A stretch of 64,000 bases of DNA from a candidate division WOR-1 bacterium RIFOXYB2_FULL_42_35 (GTDB lineage: Bacteria > Margulisbacteria > WOR-1 > O2-12-FULL-45-9): assembly GCA_001771545.1 (NCBI GenBank), contig MEUC01000002.1:3909-67908 (forward strand), written 5' to 3'. Shown here one piece after another: positions 56,917 to 64,000 of this stretch; the first letter of the stretch is position 1; each line of letters opens with the position of its first letter. The translations under genes and the position numbers were made by a program. A model generated the notes under the pieces. The model searched no databases. It was given only the letters and a program-made list of their open reading frames with translations, and was not told the origin of the DNA.

Positions 56917-57625
56917 GTTTTATTTGCTCCTCTGTTTGGCCAAACTTTCTGAGCCTTTGTTGATAAGCTTCTATGGCTTCTTTCAATTGTTCCCGTCTAA
57001 AGTCCGGCCAAAGAACAGGGGTAACATAAATTTCTGCGTAAGCAATTTGCCAAAGCAGAAAATTGGAAATTCTCATTTCGTTAGCTGTGCGAATTAATAG
57101 GTCGGGATCTGGCATTCCTTTGGTGTAAAGATGTTTGCCAATTGTTTCTTCGTCGACATTGTTAATTGTTAATTGTTCCTTGATCATTGATTGCATTGCA
57201 TCCACCAGCTCCGCCCGACCACCATAATTAGCCATTATGTTTAAAACAACCCCGGCATTGTGCTTGGTTTTCTCGGCGGCTCCTTGCATCTTCTGCTGTA
57301 ATTCTGCGGAAAACTCTTGGGTGCGGCCCAAAAAATTGATTTTAACCTGGTTGGCCATTAGCTCTTCCAGTTCGCTCTCAATTTTTTCGGCAAAGAGCGA
57401 CATTAAAAACTCTACTTCTTCTTTTGGTCGCTGCCAATTTTCTGTGGAAAAAGCATAAACAGTTAAGTATTTGATCCCAAACTCAGCACAGGCCCTGAGA
57501 ATTTCTCTGAGAGCTTCGGTCCCTTCGCGGTGACCGGCAAGCCGCGGCAACCCGCGCTCTTTGGCCCAACGGCCATTGCCATCCATTATCGCGGCAATAT
57601 GTTGAGGAATGTTTTTAGAGTCCAT
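56906..57625 (-). CDS. uppS: Undecaprenyl pyrophosphate synthase
   Basis: HIAAIMDGNGRWA... Confidence 0.92.
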   Translation of the reverse strand: MDSKNIPQHIAAIMDGNGRWAKERGLPRLAGHREGTEALREILRACAEFGIKYLTVYAFSTENWQRPKEEVEFLMSLFAEKIESELEELMANQVKINFLGRTQEFSAELQQKMQGAAEKTKHNAGVVLNIMANYGGRAELVDAMQSMIKEQLTINNVDEETIGKHLYTKGMPDPDLLIRTANEMRISNFLLWQIAYAEIYVTPVLWPDFRREQLKEAIEAYQQRLRKFGQTEEQIKHAA

Positions 57626-57632
57626 AACCCGG

Positions 57633-58187
57633 CTAAACTTCCATGACTTCTTTTTCTTTAGCCGAAAAGAGCTTGTCCGCTTCGCTGCAGTATTTATTGG
57701 TCAGATCTTGAACTTTCTTATCGAGGTTTTTTTCGTCGTCCTCGGTAATGGTTTTGTCTTTCTTTTGCCCTTTTAATATCTCAATTGCGTCCCTTCTAAT
57801 GTTACGAATAGACACTTTGCTGTCTTCTGTTCCTTTTTTTATTATCTTGACCAGTTCTCTTCTTCTTTCTTCTGATGGCTCTGGTAAGCTTAGGCGAATA
57901 CCGGCTGCTTCCCTCTTTGGATTGATACCCAAGTCTGATTGCATAATTGCTTTTTCAATTTCAGCTGCCGCATTTTTATCAAAAGGAATAACGAATAAAC
58001 AACGTGGATCAGGCACAGAAACTGAGGCCAGCTGTTTTAAGGAAACCGGAGAACCATAATAGTCGACCATTACATGATCAAGCAAGGCTGGGCTTGCCCG
58101 ACCAGTTCGAACTGCAGCAAAGCTCATCTTTAGTGCATCCATCGACTTTTGCATTTTGCTTTCGCTTTCTTTTACTACATCTTGCAT
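57633..58187 (-). CDS. frr: Ribosome recycling factor
   Basis: 184 aa; typical Frr sequence. Confidence 0.92.
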   Translation of the reverse strand: MQDVVKESESKMQKSMDALKMSFAAVRTGRASPALLDHVMVDYYGSPVSLKQLASVSVPDPRCLFVIPFDKNAAAEIEKAIMQSDLGINPKREAAGIRLSLPEPSEERRRELVKIIKKGTEDSKVSIRNIRRDAIEILKGQKKDKTITEDDEKNLDKKVQDLTNKYCSEADKLFSAKEKEVMEV

Positions 58188-58200
58188 AAACGGCCCCTCC

Positions 58201-58917
58201 TTATTTATCCTTTACTAATGTTCCGATCTTCTTGCCTAAAACTGCTTTTTTAACGTTGCCCGACTTGGTCAGATTCAAAACTATTATTGGGATATTATTC
58301 TCCATACAAAGAGAAGCAGCGGTAAAGTCCATTACTTTTAAGCGTTTGCGAATTAAAGACATGTAACTGATAGTGTTATATTTTTTGGCGTCTGGGTGCA
58401 AGGCAGGATCTTTGTCATAAATGCCCCCTACCTTGGTGGCTTTCAAAACAACGTCAACGTTCAGCTCCGCCGCCCTAAGTGCTGCTGTTGTGTCGGTGGA
58501 AAAGTAAGGGTTGCCCGTGCCTGCGGCTAAAATAACCACTCTCCCTTTCTCCATATGACGAATTGCTCGGCGCCTAATAAAAGGCTCGGCAACAGAACGC
58601 ATTTCTATGGCTGTTTGGACACGAGAAGGAACCTTGATTTTTTCCAGCGCATCTTGAAGGGCCAAAGAGTTAATGACGGTAGCTAACATGCCCATGTAAT
58701 CGCCAGTCGCTCGATCGATCCCGTTAACCGCCCCAGACACTCCTCGGAAAATATTACCACCACCAACCACAATAGCGATGTCTACCCCAACCTGGCGGAC
58801 GTTTTTTATTTCTTCGGCAATAACTCCCAAGGTCTTTAGGTCAATCCCGTATTTTCGCTCTCCACCAAAGACTTCTCCTGACAATTTTAACAAGATTCGT
58901 TTATATTTCTTAGCCAC
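58201..58917 (-). CDS. pyrH: UMP kinase
   Basis: GTG start 6 nt after GGAGGG, giving [19 protein letters not shown]... The ORF-track start 58974 is probably too long. Confidence 0.9.
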   Translation of the reverse strand: MAKKYKRILLKLSGEVFGGERKYGIDLKTLGVIAEEIKNVRQVGVDIAIVVGGGNIFRGVSGAVNGIDRATGDYMGMLATVINSLALQDALEKIKVPSRVQTAIEMRSVAEPFIRRRAIRHMEKGRVVILAAGTGNPYFSTDTTAALRAAELNVDVVLKATKVGGIYDKDPALHPDAKKYNTISYMSLIRKRLKVMDFTAASLCMENNIPIIVLNLTKSGNVKKAVLGKKIGTLVKDK

Positions 58918-58998
58918 AAATTTCCCTCCACCCTTTGAAAAAATTATAACATACCCATATCCTTGCCACAACACGCCCGGTATAATATAATTCAGTTA

Positions 58999-60036
58999 AT
59001 GATCCTCTATTCATACTTTGAATTAGCGGCTTCTCTTTTTATCCTTTTGTTGGCTTTTCATCTGTTTACCAGTCACCATGAGTGTCGTTCGGCTAGGTTT
59101 TTTGTGCGCTTTGCTTTAATTGCTTTTCTGGCTTGTCTTTTCACTTATTCTTTAAGGATCGCCTTTACTCTTGAGTTGGCCAGAAATATTAATCGTATCT
59201 CGGCCACCTTAATCGCTTTTGCTTTTGCCGCCTTTACCCATTTTGTTTTGATCTTCACCAAAAAGGAACGCTTCTTAAATAGCCGGTGGGCACTGCCGCT
59301 TCTTTATGTTCCCCCGGCAATAATTGGCTGTTTATTTGTGTTTACCAACCTAATGTATTCTCGTTATGAAATCCTCTCTTATGGCATTGTCAGCCAACCC
59401 GCACCGCTCTACTTTCTCTTCCTACTACAAACCACTGCCTATAATTTTATTGGCATTTATTTGCTTTTCCTTTACTCTCGTTTGGCTCATCAAAAACTAG
59501 AACAACAACAAGCCTTGTTTTTGGCCATTGGCTCGATCGTTCCTGTAGCTCTGGGTATTTTTGCTGATCAAATCTTGCCGTTATTTTTAAATGGCCGATT
59601 GATCCCTCCTACTGTAGTGTTTGATTTTGCCTTGTGGAACTTTTTTATTTATCTGGCCATGCGCAAGTGTAGTCTGTTTGCAATTTCCCCCGGGGCAGCG
59701 GCCAGAACAATTATCGAAACCATGCCAGACTCTTTAATTGTTACGGATGTTGTTGGTCGGATTATGTTTATCAACGAGGAAGCCAAAAAATACTTTCATG
59801 CCACCAAGGAAGAGGTTCGCGGCAAAGAGATTCGCTCGCTTTTTGAGCAAAAAGACAAATATGATCAGCTTTACAAAGAGGTTGTCAACAATAACATGGC
59901 TGTTGAGCGTTTCGGGGTCACCTTATGTGATCCGCTGGGAGAATGCCTGCCATCTTTTATAAACGCCAATACTTTCCGCGATGACATCGGCGCCTTACTC
60001 GGTATTATTTTTGTGATCAGAGATGTGAGGGGATAA
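58999..60036 (+). CDS. Membrane sensor protein: multi-pass (about 7 TM) N-terminal domain plus C-terminal PAS domain, no output domain
   Basis: Hydrophobic helices through residue 250, then ...TIIETMPDSLIVTDVVGRIMFINEEAKKYFHATKEEVRGKEI... (PAS). Start uncertain (58963 or 58999). Confidence 0.6.
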   Translation: MILYSYFELAASLFILLLAFHLFTSHHECRSARFFVRFALIAFLACLFTYSLRIAFTLELARNINRISATLIAFAFAAFTHFVLIFTKKERFLNSRWALPLLYVPPAIIGCLFVFTNLMYSRYEILSYGIVSQPAPLYFLFLLQTTAYNFIGIYLLFLYSRLAHQKLEQQQALFLAIGSIVPVALGIFADQILPLFLNGRLIPPTVVFDFALWNFFIYLAMRKCSLFAISPGAAARTIIETMPDSLIVTDVVGRIMFINEEAKKYFHATKEEVRGKEIRSLFEQKDKYDQLYKEVVNNNMAVERFGVTLCDPLGECLPSFINANTFRDDIGALLGIIFVIRDVRG

Positions 60037-60657
60037 GCCACAACAAAAACAGCCTTATTTAACCGGGCTACCCCATCCAAAGAGGCCAGTAGGCATGTCC
60101 TGATAATCTAAACAACCCTCTGGGCTTATCCTCGGCTGGCCAGCCTATCCCAAAAGTTTTGCTAGCGGGGGCCTTCGCACCTTGGAACAAAACAAGGCGG
60201 CATACAACCAGAAGGAACTTGGCCAAAATCGCGCGAAAGTTCCCATCTGGTTTTTGATCCGGAAGAAACGTTATCCAGAAGTTTTTGGTTTGTTTTAGAT
60301 GTATCCAAAGGCCCGATTAATGTAGAAATTTTATCTCTATCAAATCTTCCTGACTTCCGCGTTTGCCTATTAATATTGGCTACTTGCCGTCTAAGTCTAA
60401 GCAAAAGAGAACCCCTATTATTTAAAAAATTAAGATTTTCAGTTGAACGCGGAAGTGGTCTACCTGAATAAGCACTTTTTTTGTAAAATAATTTGGAAGA
60501 TTTTCCCGCTGACACTAAAATATAATTATGGAAAATCGGGATCCCGACGTTTTCCAATTATTATCATATTATAATGTCCGTCGGGACACTTTTTCTGTAA
60601 ATTCCTTATTTTGGTCAAAACAGAGAAAAGCCCGGGTTTCTCTAGTTTACAATACTA

Positions 60658-60686
60658 TTGACACTTGGTTTACAATAGTTTACAAT
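60658..60686 (+). promoter_or_regulatory. Perfect-consensus promoter TTGACA-N17-TACAAT embedded in three direct GTTTACAAT repeats; the -10 lies 6 nt before the ATG, implying a leaderless mRNA
   Basis: TTGACA 60658-60663; TACAAT 60681-60686; GTTTACAAT at 60645, 60668 and 60678; palindrome AGAGAAAAGCCCGGGTTTCTCT at 60622-60643 just upstream. Confidence 0.6.
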
Positions 60687-60692
60687 CTTTCT

Positions 60693-61727
60693 ATGGTCAA
60701 AGACACTCCGGCAATAACCAAAGAAATACTTAAGGCTCGGGGGCAAATTACCAGCGACAAACTGGCTGGCTTTGCCCGGATCTCTCGACAAGCGGCGCAT
60801 AAATATTTGGCCAAGTTGGTTAAGCAAAAAAAACTACTCAAAATTGGCAAAACCAGGAAATCTTATTATCTGCCTTACTCCAGCCAAAAAGCCAAGCGCC
60901 TTGCACGGCGATCCAAAACAATCCGTTTGCAGCTTAAAAACAAAAACCTGCAAGAAGATCTAATTTTTGATCGTTTAAGCCTAACAGCTAACCTGGTTAG
61001 GCAGTTGCCTGATAATGCCAAAGGCATTTTTCGCTATGCTTTTACAGAAATACTTAACAATGCTATTGAACATTCTAAATCACCCAATATTGCCATTGAC
61101 ATCTATGAGCAGCAAGGTTTTATTTTTTTTAAGATTGTTGACCACGGCATTGGGATCTTTAACAAATTAAAGTCAAAATACCGCTTAAAAGACAACTTTG
61201 AAGCGGTTCAAGAACTGCTAAAAGGCAAAATAACCACCGCTCCCAAGGCCCATTCAGGGGAAGGCATTTTCTTTACTTCAAAAATTGCCGATTGCTTTAT
61301 TGTTGAAGCTGCTAAAATTAAGTTGGTGATAGACAACAAGGCCGCGGACGTGTTTGTTGAAGACATTGCTAACAAAAAAGGCACCGGAGTTACTTTTCAG
61401 TTCAATAAAAACTCAAAAAAAGAACTGAAAACATTGTTTGCTGAATATACTAACGAAGACTTCAAATTTTCTAAGACCAAAGTAACAGTAAAGCTCTACC
61501 AACATGGGGTAGATTATGTTTCCCGCTCACAAGCCAGACGGCTACTTTATGGCTTAGAAAAGTTTGAAGAAATCCTTCTGGACTTTAAAGGGATCAAAGG
61601 CATTGGCCAAAGCTTTGCTGATGAAATTTTTAGGGTCTTTGCCTCTGAGCACCCTAACATTGCTTTAATGCCTAACAATACGGCCGCTTCAGTTGTCTTT
61701 ATGATCAAAAGAGCTCAGGAAGGTTAA
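60693..61727 (+). CDS. Winged-helix DNA-binding domain fused to a GHKL (HATPase_c, RsbW-like) ATPase/kinase and a C-terminal STAS-like (DUF4325-like) domain
   Basis: wHTH ...[32 protein letters not shown]...; N-box [10 protein letters not shown]; G1 DHGIGI; G2 SGEGIFF; C-terminus ...[40 protein letters not shown]. Start moved from ORF-track 60528 to the ATG at 60693, directly behind the promoter. Confidence 0.65.
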   Translation: MVKDTPAITKEILKARGQITSDKLAGFARISRQAAHKYLAKLVKQKKLLKIGKTRKSYYLPYSSQKAKRLARRSKTIRLQLKNKNLQEDLIFDRLSLTANLVRQLPDNAKGIFRYAFTEILNNAIEHSKSPNIAIDIYEQQGFIFFKIVDHGIGIFNKLKSKYRLKDNFEAVQELLKGKITTAPKAHSGEGIFFTSKIADCFIVEAAKIKLVIDNKAADVFVEDIANKKGTGVTFQFNKNSKKELKTLFAEYTNEDFKFSKTKVTVKLYQHGVDYVSRSQARRLLYGLEKFEEILLDFKGIKGIGQSFADEIFRVFASEHPNIALMPNNTAASVVFMIKRAQEG

Positions 61728-61729
61728 AG

Positions 61730-63520
61730 ATGAGTTGTCCTACGCTTTATCCTAAACGCTACGATGTCATTGTCATCGGTGCCGGGCATGCGGGGATTGA
61801 AGCCGCCTTGGCCGCTGCTCGTTTGGGTTGCCAGACCTTGCTCTTAACAATGAACATCGACACCATTGCTTTTATGCCTTGTAATCCGGCCATTGGCGGT
61901 CCAGCCAAAAGTCAGCTTGTGCGAGAAGTTGATGCCTTGGGCGGGCAAATGGGAATTACAACAGACTTAACCTTTCTGCAAACGAAAACCTTAAACACCA
62001 ACAAAGGCCCGGCCGTCCATGCTTTACGTGCGCAATCAGACCGTTTGCAATACCATCAAGTTATGAAACGTCTGTTAGAAGAACAAAAAAATCTTGATTT
62101 AAAACAAGGGATGGTCGAAGAAATCTTGACGAATAAAACTCGCAACTCGCAACTCGCAACTATCGGGGTTAGAACAAAGCTAGAAACCATTTATCATGGC
62201 AAAACTGTTGTTGTAACAACTGGGACCTTTTTAAAAGGACGAATCCATACTGGCATGGTACACATGGAAAGTGGCCGGGCTGGAGAATTTCCAGCCGTAG
62301 GCCTATCTGCCAGTTTAAAAAAGCTAGGCTTGAAACTCGGTCGGCTTAAAACCGGCACCCCAGCCAGGTTAAATAAAAGATCCATAGATTTTTCCAAGAT
62401 GAGAATTCAACCGGGAGACGAACCGGTCAAACAGTTTTCTTTTACTTGGGAATACAAACAATATGGTTTAAAGGTTCCGGAAAACCCTCAACTAGAACTG
62501 CCTCAGGTTCCCTGTCACTTAACCTGGACAAATAATAAGACCCATAGAATTATAAGAAAAAACTTACATCGTTCCCCTCTTTTCTCCGGAAAAATCAAGG
62601 GGACGGGCCCAAGGTATTGTCCTTCTATTGAGGACAAGGTTGTTCGCTTTCCCGACAAAGACCGGCAGCAATGTTTTATTGAACCAACCGGCCGGGACAC
62701 CCTAGAAATGTATGCCCAAGGAATGAATAGTAGTTTACCGGCAGATGTTCAACTGGCGATGTTCCAAACTATGCCCGGCCTGGAAAAAGTGGAAATTATC
62801 CGCCCTGGTTATGCGGTTGAGTATGATTATGTGCCGCCTTATCAGCTCACTTATTCATTAGAAACAAAAATAGTTGGCGGTCTGTTTTGTGCCGGACAGA
62901 TTAACGGCACTTCAGGCTATGAAGAAGCTGCGGCTCAAGGCATTGTTGCTGGTATCAACGCAGTAATGAAGGTCAAAGGGAAAAAGCCAGTTCTGTTTGG
63001 CCGGGAAGAGTCTTATATTGGCACCTTAATTGACGACTTAATTACTAAAGATATTGAAGAGCCCTATCGCATGCTAACTTCACGATCAGAATACCGACTG
63101 CTGCTTAGGCAGGACAATGCTGACCTGCGTTTAACAGAAAAAGGTCATAAGGTTGGACTAATCTCAAAGAGCAGATATAACTGTTTTCGGAAAAAGAAAG
63201 AAGCACTTGAAGATAAAGCCAGGATTTCTCCGGAAGTATCGGAGCAAATCGATATTACCCAAAAATACGCTGGCTACATCGTCAGACAGCTGCAGCAAGT
63301 GGAAAGAGCTAAAAGATTAGAATATAAAACCATCCCTAAAAACCTAGATTTTAAGAACCTGCACGGCCTCTCAAAAGAAGCCAGATATAAACTGGAAAAG
63401 CTCCGGCCCGCTTCCATTGGCCAGGCCACCAGGATTGCCGGGGTCTCCCCTGCTGACATCTCTGTGCTGCTGGTTCACCTGGAAACATATAGACGCAAAA
63501 CCGGCTGCGTGATAAAATAA
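61730..63520 (+). CDS. mnmG: tRNA uridine 5-carboxymethylaminomethyl modification enzyme MnmG (GidA)
   Basis: [23 protein letters not shown]... (FAD fold). Contains an in-frame (CAACTCG)3 repeat at 62136-62160. Confidence 0.93.
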   Translation: MSCPTLYPKRYDVIVIGAGHAGIEAALAAARLGCQTLLLTMNIDTIAFMPCNPAIGGPAKSQLVREVDALGGQMGITTDLTFLQTKTLNTNKGPAVHALRAQSDRLQYHQVMKRLLEEQKNLDLKQGMVEEILTNKTRNSQLATIGVRTKLETIYHGKTVVVTTGTFLKGRIHTGMVHMESGRAGEFPAVGLSASLKKLGLKLGRLKTGTPARLNKRSIDFSKMRIQPGDEPVKQFSFTWEYKQYGLKVPENPQLELPQVPCHLTWTNNKTHRIIRKNLHRSPLFSGKIKGTGPRYCPSIEDKVVRFPDKDRQQCFIEPTGRDTLEMYAQGMNSSLPADVQLAMFQTMPGLEKVEIIRPGYAVEYDYVPPYQLTYSLETKIVGGLFCAGQINGTSGYEEAAAQGIVAGINAVMKVKGKKPVLFGREESYIGTLIDDLITKDIEEPYRMLTSRSEYRLLLRQDNADLRLTEKGHKVGLISKSRYNCFRKKKEALEDKARISPEVSEQIDITQKYAGYIVRQLQQVERAKRLEYKTIPKNLDFKNLHGLSKEARYKLEKLRPASIGQATRIAGVSPADISVLLVHLETYRRKTGCVIK

Positions 63521-63550
63521 ACCTGTTCACAACAAACAGGAGGTATTCAA

Positions 63551-64000
63551 GTGAAAAAAATAATCGTTTTATTTCTAGTCCTACTATTCTCTGCCAGCCT
63601 CGCCTCGGCCGCCTTTACCAACCTTGGCTACATTGACGTACAAAAGGTTTTCAAGGATTATAAAGAAACCAGCAAAGCCCAAAAAGAGTTGAGCAAAGAA
63701 GAGGAAGCCTTTAAAAAAGCTTTTGAAGACAGTCAGGATAAACTAAAAAAAGCCGAAAAAGACGGCAAAAGCAAAGCCGAGATTGAAAAGCTAACTAAAG
63801 AGCTGGAAAAAGATCTTGAGCCAAAAAGAACAACCCTGATGCAGCTTAACCAGCAATTGACCGGTAAGCTCCAACTGGAAATTCTTGCGGCAGTAAAAAA
63901 GGTTGCCAAAAAAGTTGGCGTAGATTTGGTTTTAGACAAACAAGTTGTTATTACCGGCGGCATGGATCTGTCTGATATGACTGTCAACGAACTCAATAAA
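63551..64000 (+). CDS. skp: OmpH/Skp-family periplasmic chaperone (partial, runs off window end)
   Basis: AGGAGG RBS then GTG; signal peptide VKKIIVLFLVLLFSASLASA; GYIDVQKVFKDYKETSKAQKEL... K/E-rich coiled coil. Confidence 0.75.
   Translation, partial: MKKIIVLFLVLLFSASLASAAFTNLGYIDVQKVFKDYKETSKAQKELSKEEEAFKKAFEDSQDKLKKAEKDGKSKAEIEKLTKELEKDLEPKRTTLMQLNQQLTGKLQLEILAAVKKVAKKVGVDLVLDKQVVITGGMDLSDMTVNELNK

Noticed and set aside
60162-60557. Minus-strand 131-aa ORF in the non-coding region
   Set aside because: Low-complexity, no RBS, overlaps palindromic structures; likely spurious.
60037-60692. RNase P RNA / tmRNA / SRP RNA in the long non-coding region
   Set aside because: Only weak partial resemblances (GCGAAAGUUCCCAU, ACAGAGAAAAGCCCGGG, GAUCCGGAAGAAAC). 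The region is AT-rich and lacks the GC-rich conserved helices and the tmRNA 3' CCA/T-arm, so it is not supportable. Left as unassigned ncRNA candidate.
60528-60692. Longer N-terminal extension of the GHKL protein starting at ATG 60528
   Set aside because: The extension would read through a perfect -35/-10 promoter and the GTTTACAAT iterons. The wHTH domain begins right after the ATG at 60693.
1-64000. CRISPR arrays, rRNA genes, IS transposases
   Set aside because: No regularly spaced direct repeats of 24-40 nt, no rRNA-like conserved stretches, and no transposase-like ORFs were seen.

Overview
This 64-kb window looks like bacterial chromosome, about 45% GC, from a probable diderm. It is densely packed with housekeeping genes. 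One end carries a partial type I restriction-modification methyltransferase (hsdM) that runs off the window. Recognisable blocks include: a short SMC; metK; xerC/D; yceD-rpmF-plsX-fabH; a fatty-acid synthesis operon fabD-fabG-acpP-fabK-fabF, separated from fabH by an acyl-CoA dehydrogenase / EtfB / ferredoxin-fused EtfA segment; tRNA-Tyr; a DEAD-box helicase; maf; mutL; topA; panC; a four-gene pseudopilin cluster; infC-rpmI-rplT; thrS; dxr; asmA; a UvrD/PcrA helicase; nadC; cdsA-uppS-frr-pyrH; mnmG; and a partial skp/ompH. Accessory-looking content is concentrated in a few places: (1) a 1406-aa outer-membrane-like protein and a convergent S8 subtilase that share an unusual extended N-terminal leader encoded by AGATCAA heptanucleotide repeats; (2) a 926-aa secreted protein made of 17 tandem repeats of about 53 aa; (3) a roughly 1.2-kb insertion at the 3' end of etfA, carrying an AAA+ (DUF4143) ATPase and flanked by a duplicated etfA tail; (4) a roughly 75-nt palindromic repeat family built on GTAATG that is present in three intergenic sites; (5) in-frame (CAAC[CT]CG)n heptamer repeats inside fabD, mnmG and xerC; and (6) a roughly 650-nt non-coding region upstream of an orphan winged-helix–GHKL-ATPase–STAS-like gene that has a perfect consensus promoter built from triple GTTTACAAT repeats. 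No CRISPR array, rRNA or recognisable transposase was found.
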